Source: an uncultured Chloroflexia bacterium (GTDB lineage: Bacteria; Chloroflexota; Dehalococcoidia; GIF9; UBA5629). Taken from it: 64,000 nt of DNA. Of this stretch, positions 8,214-17,842 are shown in pieces (position 1 is the stretch's first letter; each line of letters starts with the position of its first letter). The stretch spans positions 28,993-92,992 of the forward strand of contig CAVVVB010000017.1 in assembly GCA_963751585.1 (NCBI GenBank), written 5' to 3'. A program made the position numbers and the translations under genes. The notes below the pieces were generated by a model. That model did no database searches, was not told where the DNA came from, and was given only the letters and a program-made list of their open reading frames with translations.

Positions 8214-10202
8214 GTGCTCATTAGAAAACCAGCTGATGCAAGATTTACCAGGCTTTTTACTCCAGGTTATATTGGGAATTTGTGGATCAAGAATCGTGTC
8301 ATACGAGCTCCCATGGACCTAAACCTGGCCCTTAGTGACGGTTCTGTCACCCAGAGGCTTATAGACCATTATAAGGAGTTGGCTCGTGGCGGTGCCGGTA
8401 TGATCATTGTCGAATATTGCTATATTGACGAAGATGCTAGCAAAGCCAGCGATGGGCAACTTGGCATCAGTAATTCTAAACAACAGGCCGGATTACAGTG
8501 GTTAGCCAATGTCATAAAGGATGGAGGAGCCAGAGCGACCGTCCAGATAGCACATGCTGGACGGTCGAATTTCCCGGCCCGTAAGCCTTATAAATCAGCC
8601 TATCGCCGTGCCTGGCCCGATATCTATAAATACGGTGGCGCCGGACAACAGGGTAAAGGAGGCGCTATACCGGATGAGATGACCATCGAAGAGATTCAGC
8701 AGTGTATTGAGGACTTCGGCGTTGCCGCTTTGAGAGCCAAAGAAGTTGGTTTCGATGCCTGTGAGCTGCACGGCTCAAGCGGTTATCTGATTACCAATTT
8801 CCTCTCCCCCTGGAATCAGCGTCCCGACTGGTATGGCGGCCATTTTGAGAATAGAAAGCGGTTTGTCCTGCAGGTCTTCGAGAATATGCGCAAGAAGGTA
8901 GGCCCTAACTACCCACTGGGAGTTAGATTGAGCGGCACGGACTATGACTGGGCAAATCCGATACCCATAGAAGAGACTATTACCGTGGCTCAGGAACTGG
9001 AAGCGCTTGGCGCTAATTATATTCATGTGACCGGCGGCACGCACGAGGTCGCGCATAAGGAAACACCAACCATATATAACGACATGGCCTATCAGGCATG
9101 GGCATCCCAAAGGATTAAGGAAGCAGTCAGTATACCGGTAATTTGTTCTGGTTCTCTGGGTGACCCTGAACTGGCGGAAAAGATACTCGAGGAAGGTAAG
9201 GGAGATTTCGTCGGTCTGGCCAGACCGCTTCTTGCTGATCCGTACTGGCCGAAGAAAGCCCAGGAAGGGCATGTCGAAGATATTTGTCCCTGTATCCGCT
9301 GCATGGAATGCGTCGACCGGGGTGTCATGGTGGGTTATATCACCTGCACGGTTAATGCCGCTGCCACCAGAGAAGCTGAACTTGGCACGATTCCCCAGGC
9401 CAAACGGAGGAAGAAAGTTGCCATAGTTGGTGGTGGTCCTGGCGGTATGGAAGCCGCCAGAGTAGCCGCCTTGAAAGGACACGATGTCACTCTCTATGAA
9501 AAGAGAGAGCTGGGCGGTTTGCTTCTTGAAGCTGCTATCCCTGATTTCAAGCCGGACCTCAAACGCCTCACCAATTACCAAATTACCCAGTTGGAAAAGA
9601 CCGGGGTCAAAGTTCTGAAGGAGGAAGCTACGGTCACCAAGATCAAGAATGGCAAGTACGATGCCGTAATAGTAGCTAATGGTTCACAACCGATAATACC
9701 TGATGTCCCTGGTATCAAAAAACCGATTGTTGTCGCTGCTCTTGACGTTCTGCGTGGCGCCGAGACCAAAGATAACGTAATAGTAGTCGGTGGTGGGACG
9801 GTGGGCTGTGAAGTAGCCCTCTTTCTGGCCAAACAAGGCAAGGAAGTGACCATTGTAGAGGCACTAGATATGATGAGCCTGGCTGCAGGAATGTCTAATA
9901 CATTAAAGGGCGCCTTCTTTGAAATACTTATGCAATTATCATTTCAGCTTAAATGCGAACATGTGCTTACTGAAGTCGTCGATGATGGAATTGTTACCCT
10001 TCGTGGTTTAAAGAAAGAGAAGATTGCGGGTGATACGGTAGTTATTGCCATAGGCTTTACACCTGACCGGAACCTCTGGGACAATCTCTGCAAGATACCG
10101 GAATTGGAAGTTTATGCTATCGGTGACTGCGTCAAAGTGGGGACTAGCTATGACGCCATTCACGAGGGCTTCCACACCGCGTTTTCATTAATTTCTGATT
10201 AA
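8214..10202 (+). CDS. OYE-type NADH:flavin oxidoreductase fused to an FAD/NAD(P)-binding domain (2,4-dienoyl-CoA reductase / enoate reductase architecture)
   Basis: GTG start after AAAGGGGG. The N-domain has RAPM and HGSSGYLITNFLSPWNQRPDWYGG, followed by the Cys cluster CPCIRCMEC. Two dinucleotide folds follow: VAIVGGGPGGMEAA and VIVVGGGTVGCEVA. Confidence 0.85.
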   Translation: MLIRKPADARFTRLFTPGYIGNLWIKNRVIRAPMDLNLALSDGSVTQRLIDHYKELARGGAGMIIVEYCYIDEDASKASDGQLGISNSKQQAGLQWLANVIKDGGARATVQIAHAGRSNFPARKPYKSAYRRAWPDIYKYGGAGQQGKGGAIPDEMTIEEIQQCIEDFGVAALRAKEVGFDACELHGSSGYLITNFLSPWNQRPDWYGGHFENRKRFVLQVFENMRKKVGPNYPLGVRLSGTDYDWANPIPIEETITVAQELEALGANYIHVTGGTHEVAHKETPTIYNDMAYQAWASQRIKEAVSIPVICSGSLGDPELAEKILEEGKGDFVGLARPLLADPYWPKKAQEGHVEDICPCIRCMECVDRGVMVGYITCTVNAAATREAELGTIPQAKRRKKVAIVGGGPGGMEAARVAALKGHDVTLYEKRELGGLLLEAAIPDFKPDLKRLTNYQITQLEKTGVKVLKEEATVTKIKNGKYDAVIVANGSQPIIPDVPGIKKPIVVAALDVLRGAETKDNVIVVGGGTVGCEVALFLAKQGKEVTIVEALDMMSLAAGMSNTLKGAFFEILMQLSFQLKCEHVLTEVVDDGIVTLRGLKKEKIAGDTVVIAIGFTPDRNLWDNLCKIPELEVYAIGDCVKVGTSYDAIHEGFHTAFSLISD

Positions 10203-10342
10203 GAACCCGAATAAATAATGGAGGCTATTACTCGAAAAGAGGACGCCGGTAGACCGGTAGATCTGTAGAGCCAGGCAGTTTGGGAAATAGGCTTTTGTAA
10301 TTGGTATAATTCCTGAGAAATAAAATTAGGAGGTTTAAGAAA

Positions 10343-10795
10343 TTGGAAGGAGAACAAATCCAAGTAGACGTTTCATCTGTTGTTTTGTCTGATATCGACG
10401 ACAAGAAAATCACTCTGTCGGACCTCAAAGGTAAGGTGGTAGTTTTCTCGGGAGGTGGACAGCCAGCGGCGGAACAGTGTGAACAATGGGTCGCTGCTTT
10501 GATGAAAGAGTGTAGCGGAATGAAGGATGTCATGTTTAAGCCTCTAGCTTTCGTTGGCAGATTACCCATATTTGTTGACAAGAACACGATAAAGGGAGAG
10601 ATGAGAAAAGCGGATCCGATACCTTTAATTGATTGGGATGGTAGTCCACAAAAGGCGCTAGGGCTCATAAAACGGAATGTCAGTTATGTCTTCGTAATAG
10701 ATAGACAGGGAGTGCTTCGATTCAGGCTGGCAGCACCACTCTCCGATGAGAATTTAAAAACGGTAATAGAGCAAGTTAAAAAGATTGCTGTTTGA
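10343..10795 (+). CDS. Thioredoxin-fold protein lacking CxxC, copy 2 (TTG start)
   Basis: Paralogue of 7654..8106. The nucleotide sequence is near-identical at the 5' end (GGAGAACAAATCCA.GTAGA.GTTTCATCTGTT) and 3' end (CAGGGAGTGCTTCGATTCAGGCTGGCAGCACC). Confidence 0.6.
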   Translation: MEGEQIQVDVSSVVLSDIDDKKITLSDLKGKVVVFSGGGQPAAEQCEQWVAALMKECSGMKDVMFKPLAFVGRLPIFVDKNTIKGEMRKADPIPLIDWDGSPQKALGLIKRNVSYVFVIDRQGVLRFRLAAPLSDENLKTVIEQVKKIAV

Positions 10796-10888
10796 TTTAT
10801 GACATCGTTCACATGCAATAGCGTTGATTATGGATTGGGAGATTGCCAACTACGTGACAAGAATTAATCGAAGGGAGGAAAAATTACA

Positions 10889-13166
10889 ATGGATGAACTG
10901 AAACAAAAGGGAACATACGAAGAAGTAAAAGGGAAAAACTGGATATGGAAGGAACGACCATGGAGATGGGAAGAAGATGGCCTCACCGTGACCAGGGGGG
11001 CTTCATTTACCGGTCCCGGATGTCACGAGGGCTGTGGAGTATTGCTCTATACAAACAAAGAGGGCAAACTGGTTAAGGTTGAGGGCGACCCAGACAATAA
11101 CTACAGCCAGGGTCGGCTGTGCCTTCGCTGCCTGGCATTAAAAGATGTGGTTAACCACCCTGACCGTCTCAAGTATCCTATGAAAAGGGTAGGCAAAAAA
11201 GGATCGAATAAGTGGAAACGGATCAGCTGGGATGAAGCGTTAGACACCATTGCGGAAAAGTTCAACAAGATAAAGGCAGAGTACGGTGCAGAAGCAGTGG
11301 TATTTGCTCAGGGAACTGGCAGAGATATAGCTCCATATATAGAACGACTTTGCTACTCATTCGGCAGCCCTAACTATGTATGTATGGGGCTCTCAGGAAA
11401 TGCCTGCTATATACCGCGCATATCATTACAGATAGCCACCCACGGTGGCGCTACAATGGCCGATTCCTCTCAATATCTACCCGGCCGATATGACGACCCA
11501 GGCTATAAGGTTCCAGAATGCATACTCATGTGGGGACACAATCCTATAGTATCCAATTCAGATGGCAACCTTGGCCACTGGTACGTAGAATTGATGAAGA
11601 GGGGCTCGAAGCTAATTGTGGTTGACCCACGTATGACATGGTTTGCCTCAAGAGCTGATCTATGGTTGCAGATCCGACCGGGCACCGACTCCGCCCTGGC
11701 GCTGGGCATGCTGAATATAATCATCCAGGAAGGTTCTCTATGATAAGGAATTTGTTGACAAATGGACTTATGGATTTGACGACCTGGCAAAGAGGGCTGC
11801 CGAGTATCCCGTGGAGAAGGTAGCGGAGATTACCTGGATACCCAAAGAGAAGATAGTAGAAGCGGCAAGGCTGTACGCCAAGTCAAAGCCGGCAATGATC
11901 GTATGGGGACTTGCTATAGACATGACTAGAGAAGCATTACCGGCCTCTCAGGGTGTGACGGCACTATGGGACATAACCGGGAATATAGATGTGCCCGGCG
12001 GCAACCTGATAGTGGAACCGCCTTGTGGCGTCACCAGTTATTTCGGCTGGGGTTTCGAACTCCTTCCCCCAAAGCAGTTCGGAAAACGAATAGGAATGGA
12101 CAAATACCCGTTGTTGGAATTTGGTCTCCCGCTGGCAAACCCTGATGAGCTGCTGGAAACGATGCTTACCGACAAACCATATCCATTAAAGGCTTGTTGG
12201 TTCCAGACCAATAACCCGATAGCATGCATGTCGGCTGACCCGAAGAAGATGTATAAAGGGCTCAGCAGGCTGGAATTTGTGGTGGTTGTTGATCTATTCA
12301 TGACGCCAACAGCTACTGCTTTTGCCGATATCGTGCTTCCTGCCGCGGCCTATCCTGAACGAGACGGGCACCGAGCAGTATGGTATTCGGTACAAACAAT
12401 TAATAAGGTAACCCAAACAGGGGAATGCAAATCAGATCTGGAGATCAACCGGTTATTAGGCAGGCGCCTTAATCCTGAGGCCTGGCCCTGGGATAATGAG
12501 GAGCAGGTATGGGATGAGATAGTGAAAGGGTCTGGCTGGACTTTCAAGGAGCTGAGAGAGAAACATCAGGTGCTACACCCGTTTGCATACCGGAAGTATG
12601 AAACGGGGCGTTTGCGGGACGACGGCGAGCCAGGGTTCAATACAGATACAGGGCGTATTGAGCTCCGCTCCACCAAAATGGAGGAGTTTGGCCTCGATCC
12701 ATTACCGTACTTTGAAGAGCCAACGGAAGGTCCTGTCAGCACCCCCGAGCTAATGAAGGAATACCCACTGATCCTAACCACTGGCGCCCGAAACTGGGGT
12801 TCCTTCCACTCCGAGCACCGGCAAATTGCCAGCTTACGGGCTACCCATCCCCAGCCGGAGATAGAGATACATCCGGAGACGGCGGCAAAATACGGAATCA
12901 AGGATGGTGACTGGGTGTGGATCGAGAACCGCATGGGGAAATGCCGACAAAAGGCCGCTATTACGTACGAAGTTCCCAAGTGGCTGGTAAATGCCGATCA
13001 CGGCTGGTGGTTCCCGGAAGAGGATGGTGCAGAACCTAACCTGTTTGGCGTGTGGAAGTCAAACGTTAATCAATTGGTGCCGTTCTTGCCGGGTAAGAGC
13101 GGATTTGGTGGCAACTACAAGTCGCTAATCTGCAAGATCTACAAAGTAAAAGAAGGAGAGATGTAA
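10889..13166 (+). pseudogene. Mo/W-bisPGD oxidoreductase catalytic subunit, paralogue A, interrupted by a +1 frameshift (or assembly indel)
   Basis: Frame 2 ends at ...LNIIIQEG SL*. Frame 3 continues LYDKEFVDKWTYGFDDLAKRAAEYPVEKVAEITWI, which matches paralogue B (VIISEGLYDQHFVEN...). There is an extra T in the TT at 11734-11735. No twin-arginine leader is present. Confidence 0.8.
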
Positions 13167-13167
13167 G

Positions 13168-13503
13168 ATGGCTAAACATGGGCTTCTGATTGATTATAAG
13201 TATTGCACCGGGTGCCTTACATGTGAATTTGCCTGCAGCCAAGAGAATGATATTCCGCTTGGTCAGTGGGGAATCAAGGTAACGCAGATAGGTCCATGGC
13301 CAATCAAGGGTGATAAGTGGGAGTACGACTATGTCCCTGTTCCCACAGACCAGTGCAACCTGTGCGGCAAGCGGGTGGCTAAAGGCAAGCAGCCCAGTTG
13401 TGTCCAGCACTGCCAGGCCGGCGTAATGAGTTTCGGGACAGTAGAAGAACTGGCCAAAAAGATGGCTGATAAGCCAAAACAGGTGCTGTTTGCGCCTCAT
13501 TAG
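13168..13503 (+). CDS. Small 2x[4Fe-4S] ferredoxin-like subunit
   Basis: Motifs CTGCLTCEFAC and CNLCGKRVAKGKQPSCVQHC. The ATG lies 1 nt after the upstream stop. Confidence 0.75.
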   Translation: MAKHGLLIDYKYCTGCLTCEFACSQENDIPLGQWGIKVTQIGPWPIKGDKWEYDYVPVPTDQCNLCGKRVAKGKQPSCVQHCQAGVMSFGTVEELAKKMADKPKQVLFAPH

Positions 13504-13565
13504 GGCATGCCATCAATTCTCTCGAAAGAAGATCTGAATAATATAAGGAGGAGGTTATTTCCAGG

Positions 13566-14192
13566 ATGGAAAAAGAATATGTGGGCCCACCACAAAACAC
13601 GGCACTTAGAGCTTCGCTCTCTGTCTCGCTCGTGAGTGCCATGATTCTCGGACTTATGTTCCCAATGACCATGGGATGGACAAGCCTGGCGACCGCACGA
13701 CCCGTCATCGGATGTTTTCTTGCAGCATTTTCAGTGGTTTGGCTAATGTTGCTGGTATACTCCATTAAGGACAACGATCCGTTCGGAATGTTTCTGAATG
13801 GCATATTCGGCGGTTTTCTCGGCCTGGGATACGCGTTTAGCTTCCTGCTAGGGTACTATGCTCAAGTGAGTGGAGTCCAAGTTGACTGGATGCACGTGGA
13901 AGGATTTGTGAGTCTGTTCGCAGCCGTTCTTATGTTAGTGGTCTCTTTCGTTAGTGGTGGATTGATGTGGTCTTTGTTCCCGTCATTTATCTTACTCTTC
14001 GTATTCTGGGGCGGCCTTGGATGCGTTAGCCTGGGGTTCTTGAGTCCAATTCACATGAAGTTGTGGCTGGGTCCCATACTTGGCTTGGTCGGTGCTTTTT
14101 ACGCGTACGTAGCGATTGCGCTGTTTATTAACGCCTCATTTCTTAAGAATAAATTACCTTTAGGCGGTCCATTATTCTACCAAAAGGATTAA
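13566..14192 (+). CDS. Polytopic membrane protein, possibly GPR1/FUN34/YaaH (SatP-like) carboxylate channel family
   Basis: About six hydrophobic helices. The C-terminal LGLVGAFYAYVAIALFINASFLKNKLPLGGP resembles the SatP end (GLICGASAIYLAMGEVLNEQFGRTVLPIGE, recalled from memory). The N-terminal NDPFGM is only weakly like NPAPLG. Confidence 0.4.
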   Translation: MEKEYVGPPQNTALRASLSVSLVSAMILGLMFPMTMGWTSLATARPVIGCFLAAFSVVWLMLLVYSIKDNDPFGMFLNGIFGGFLGLGYAFSFLLGYYAQVSGVQVDWMHVEGFVSLFAAVLMLVVSFVSGGLMWSLFPSFILLFVFWGGLGCVSLGFLSPIHMKLWLGPILGLVGAFYAYVAIALFINASFLKNKLPLGGPLFYQKD

Positions 14193-14358
14193 AGCCCTGT
14201 TCAACAGCTAGTCTTCCTGAGATTCTTGGCCTGAACGCTAAGATGGTGATTGTGCATTGAGAAAGGGCTCACGCTCAGCAAATGTCAGTCTAATATTGTA
14301 TGCCTAAATGTCTTAGTTGTTATCAACATCTGTGAATCGAATATTTGGAGGTCCATGA

Positions 14359-14643
14359 ATGTGTTTCAGACCCCCTACTGCAGGAACAAGAGTAAATAAG
14401 TGCCCAAAATGTGGCAAAGCCAACGAGCCTGGGGCTACGGTTTGCGTAGAATGCGGCGCTAAGCTTTCGGCCCTGCCCCCCCCACCCGGGCAAGCAGGAG
14501 GTGCACCACCTCGCCCACCAGGAGCCCCCCACCGCCACCCAAACAACCACCTGCTCCACCTGTACCTCCTGGCCAGGCAGGAAACACGCCGCCAACCGCC
14601 GAAACAAGCCCCCACACCACCTGCGCCTCCTGACAAGAAGTGA
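14359..14643 (+). CDS. Zinc-ribbon protein with a Pro-rich tail (reading frame after nt 14527 uncertain)
   Basis: CPKCG...CVECG zinc ribbon, then PPPPGQAGGAPPRPPGAP. A C6 run lies at 14526-14531. The -1 frame reads a more natural PPPPPKQPPAPPVPPGQAGNTPP. Confidence 0.45.
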   Translation: MCFRPPTAGTRVNKCPKCGKANEPGATVCVECGAKLSALPPPPGQAGGAPPRPPGAPHRHPNNHLLHLYLLARQETRRQPPKQAPTPPAPPDKK

Positions 14644-14740
14644 GGTAGTTGGCTGCGGTATTTCTTAGCCAAAAACTGGCCTTTTCGAAAATGCGCATCC
14701 TTTAGAATATATTAAGTATAATTATAATACGGGAAATGAA

Positions 14741-15598
14741 TTGGGCGAATTCGTGTTCTTGGGGACAGGCGCTGCTTGTGGTGTACCTGCGTTCTATTGC
14801 GGATGCAGAGCCTGCCAAGAGGCACACAGTGAGTCGCGCTTTAGACGTACGCGCTGTGCGATAGTTCTGACCGGAGAAGAGGACCTCCTCGTTGATGCAC
14901 CACCGGAACTATCCACGCAACTGTCGCGTGAAGGCATCAAGAAGATAGATCATCTTGCGCTGACCCATTCCCACTATGACCACATAGGAGGCTTGGGTGA
15001 CCTCGAGTTCTATGTACGGTGGCACCGCAACAAAGCCTTGCCTGCCGTAATGAGTTATGAGACATGGACGCAACTGCAAACAATTTTTGGCTCAGTTGCT
15101 GAATGTCTGGACGTGAAACTAATTGAGCCGGGCCAAGTCGCTACATTTGGAGGGGTGCATCTTACAGCGCTGGAGGCAGCGCACTCACCGGGTACACTGG
15201 GTTTCCTCATCGAGAACAATGGTACGTCTATTGCTTACATACCCGACACAGGATCACTTCCTGCAAAAACGCGGGAATGCTTGCACGGCATAGATTATCT
15301 CGTACTGGACGCGACCTTTTGGGGACGTAACTGGTATCCCGGGCAGCACCTATCATTCGACGAAGCAATTGCAGTCGGACGGGAGCTTGAGGTACGAAAC
15401 CTTTATTTAACCCACCTGTCGATGCACTATGACACGCCGGTTACAAACCAAGAACTTGAAGAAGCTCTTAAACCGTACCAAAAACAGGTCCATCTGGCTT
15501 ATGACGGTTTGCGCTTTGCAGTCGGGCATCAAGAGCACGACCGAATAGTAACAATGAAGATTGAGCCTCCGGTTCAGATGAAGACGGAGTCGTCCTGA
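14741..15598 (+). CDS. MBL-fold metallo-hydrolase (PhnP/PqqB-like)
   Basis: FLGTGAACGVPAFYCGCRAC, HSHYDHIGG and a later AAHSPG. The start is uncertain: TTG at 14741 or in-frame GTG at 14753. Confidence 0.75.
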   Translation: MGEFVFLGTGAACGVPAFYCGCRACQEAHSESRFRRTRCAIVLTGEEDLLVDAPPELSTQLSREGIKKIDHLALTHSHYDHIGGLGDLEFYVRWHRNKALPAVMSYETWTQLQTIFGSVAECLDVKLIEPGQVATFGGVHLTALEAAHSPGTLGFLIENNGTSIAYIPDTGSLPAKTRECLHGIDYLVLDATFWGRNWYPGQHLSFDEAIAVGRELEVRNLYLTHLSMHYDTPVTNQELEEALKPYQKQVHLAYDGLRFAVGHQEHDRIVTMKIEPPVQMKTESS

Positions 15599-15622
15599 CA
15601 CTGGCAAGTCTGGAGGAAAAAC

Positions 15623-17842
15623 ATGGAAGAACAAGGGACGCAAATAAAGAAATCGGTGTGCTATTTCTGCCATCAGCAGTGCGGCATGTTGGTACACGTG
15701 AAGGGCGACAAAATTACAAAGGTTGAAGGAGACCCAGACCATCCCAGTCGGGGTGGGATGTGCCCGCGGGCCAACGTCTGGCTAAAGCATCACGATCATC
15801 CGGCACGTGTGAATTATCCCCTTAAGCGTGCTGGCGAACGTGGTGAAGGAAACTGGGAGCGGATCAGCTGGGAACAAGCGCTTGACGCAATTTCCAATAA
15901 GTTAGAGCAAATCCGCAAAGAGTCAGGTGCAGAATACGTGTGCAGTGCAGGAGGCACACAGCGTACTCATGACTGGGCCCGCCGTCGTTTTATGAACTTG
16001 TTTGGAAGTCCGAACGTTTTCAAGGTATCGTCTGTCTGCTGGATTCCAACCTTCATGATTGAGACAGCAATTTACGGCTGGTGCCCTTTCGACGTTGACC
16101 TACCCAAAAGTAAATGTGTTGTGTTGTGGGGGCATAACCCAGCCGGAGTCTATATGCCAGAGATACGCGGGTGGATGGACGTGAGAGAGAGCAACGGCAC
16201 CAAGATAATCGTAGTAGATCCAAGGATGACTGAAACGGCGGCGAAAGCAGATCTGTGGTTGCCGTTGCGGCCCGGCACTGACGCAGCACTGGCACTTTCC
16301 TGGCTCAATGTCATTATCTCCGAAGGGTTGTACGATCAGCACTTTGTTGAAAACTGCTGTTACGGCTGGGAAAAGCTTATAGAGCATGTAAAGCCTTACA
16401 CACCGGAGTGGGCAGAACCGATCACCTGGATTGATGCGGAAAAGATAAGGGCTGGTGCGCGCATGTATGCAACCTGCAAGCCGGGCAATATACAGTGGGG
16501 GGTTGCGGTGGATGAAATCGGGCCTCCCGGAGGAGCAGCTATGCATGCGCGGGCTTTGCTGCGAGCGGTTACCGGGAATCTCGACTGTCCCGGCGGGGAC
16601 ATGCTGGCTGGACCAGATCCAGTTATGATTACCGACGCCGAGATGGAGGCTAACGAATACATGACTGAGGAGCAGTGGGAGAAGCAGATTGGCTCTGACC
16701 GTTACATGATGTGCTCCTGGCCAGGATACAACAAAATTGCGGCGATTGCCAAAAGATTCTGGGGGAAACCACCGCCTGCTGAATGGATGTGCCTGGCACA
16801 TGCTCCCTCTGTTTTCGATGCAATGATTACCGGGGAGCCCTATAAGCCGCGAGCCTTATTGGTGCTTGCGAACAACACCCTTTCAGCCTATCCAGACACA
16901 AGAAAGGTATATAAGGCCTTGATGGAGTTTGAGCTATTAGTTGTTAAAGATTACTGGATAACACCAACAGCAATGCTCGCAGATTATGTATTGCCTACTG
17001 CGGACTGGCTAGAGCGCCCCACTATAACAAACACGTACGGCTGCAGTGATTTTTCTATTTGTTCGCAGCGTGCGATACAACCGACCTACGAGCGTAAGAC
17101 CGACTACCAGTTCTGGAAAGGATTAGCGGATCGGCTGGGACAATCTGAGTTCTGGCCCTGGGAAACCTTAGAAGAGGCAAAGTACTACCGTATTTACCCG
17201 CTGGGCCACAATGTAAGCAGTTACGATGAATACGTGGAGAAGGTACGGTTTTCCTTCCCGCCCAGAGAATACTACAAGTACGGCAAAATAGGATTCGGCA
17301 CTCCTTCGGGTCTGGTGGAACTCTACTCGAAGACGCTGGAACAACTTGGCTATGACCCGATGCCCAGATATGTGGGCCCGGCTGAAAATGAAGCTGATGA
17401 CCCTGAACTGGCCAAAGAATTCCCCCTAGTACTCATAGCCGGATCAGGTGTCATGCCATACTATCATTCCGAACACTTAAATATAAAGCCATTACGTTAT
17501 CTTCACCCGCAGCCTCGCATGCAGATAAATCCAAAAACAGCGAGAGACCTGGGTATTAAGAAGGGTGATTGGGCCTGGATCGAAACTCAACGGGGAAGGA
17601 TCATGCAGATAGCTGAACTAACCGAGACAATTCACCCGCGGACTATCTTCGTTGAGCGTGGCTGGTGGTTCCCTGAACGGGAGGCGAAAGAGCCGCGGCT
17701 CTACGATATATGGCAATCCAATTGTAACGTTTTGACTTCAGGGGATCCCAAACACTGTGATCCTATGAGCGGTAGCTGGGCAACCCGCGGCCTGCTTTGC
17801 AAGGTCTATAAAGTGGAAAAGGAGGACTTGCCCCATGACTAG
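15623..17842 (+). CDS. Mo/W-bisPGD oxidoreductase catalytic subunit, paralogue B (Psr/Dms-like, no Tat signal)
   Basis: N-terminal FS0 motif CYFCHQQCG...CPRA, VNYPLKR, candidate Cys ligand SSVCWIP, VVDPRMTETA and C-terminal GDWAWIET...LLCKVYKV. RBS GGAGG. Confidence 0.9.
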   Translation: MEEQGTQIKKSVCYFCHQQCGMLVHVKGDKITKVEGDPDHPSRGGMCPRANVWLKHHDHPARVNYPLKRAGERGEGNWERISWEQALDAISNKLEQIRKESGAEYVCSAGGTQRTHDWARRRFMNLFGSPNVFKVSSVCWIPTFMIETAIYGWCPFDVDLPKSKCVVLWGHNPAGVYMPEIRGWMDVRESNGTKIIVVDPRMTETAAKADLWLPLRPGTDAALALSWLNVIISEGLYDQHFVENCCYGWEKLIEHVKPYTPEWAEPITWIDAEKIRAGARMYATCKPGNIQWGVAVDEIGPPGGAAMHARALLRAVTGNLDCPGGDMLAGPDPVMITDAEMEANEYMTEEQWEKQIGSDRYMMCSWPGYNKIAAIAKRFWGKPPPAEWMCLAHAPSVFDAMITGEPYKPRALLVLANNTLSAYPDTRKVYKALMEFELLVVKDYWITPTAMLADYVLPTADWLERPTITNTYGCSDFSICSQRAIQPTYERKTDYQFWKGLADRLGQSEFWPWETLEEAKYYRIYPLGHNVSSYDEYVEKVRFSFPPREYYKYGKIGFGTPSGLVELYSKTLEQLGYDPMPRYVGPAENEADDPELAKEFPLVLIAGSGVMPYYHSEHLNIKPLRYLHPQPRMQINPKTARDLGIKKGDWAWIETQRGRIMQIAELTETIHPRTIFVERGWWFPEREAKEPRLYDIWQSNCNVLTSGDPKHCDPMSGSWATRGLLCKVYKVEKEDLPHD

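Noticed and set aside
8775-9581. Long antisense ORF (268 aa) inside the OYE/FadH-like gene. Similar long antisense ORFs occur at 16100..16801 (233 aa), 35353..36057 (234 aa), 12566..12979, 13066..13500 and 13379..13804.
   Set aside because: Each lies entirely within or mostly overlaps a sense gene that has clear family motifs. Their translations are low-complexity, Arg/Ser/Pro-rich and motif-free. They are shadow ORFs typical of GC-biased third positions.
11741-11743. TGA at the end of the first Mo/W alpha A fragment as a possible selenocysteine codon.
   Set aside because: Homology does not continue in the same frame (TGA TAA follow each other). It resumes in the +1 frame from 11736, so this is a frameshift, not recoding.
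14313-14698. Three overlapping minus-strand ORFs and one plus-strand ORF across the Pro/Gly-rich region. The same situation occurs at 51743..52331.
   Set aside because: GC-rich repeats that encode Pro/Ala/Gly are stop-free in most frames. Only the frame with a zinc-ribbon (14359) or with a signal peptide and lipobox (51809..52297, minus) has gene-like features.
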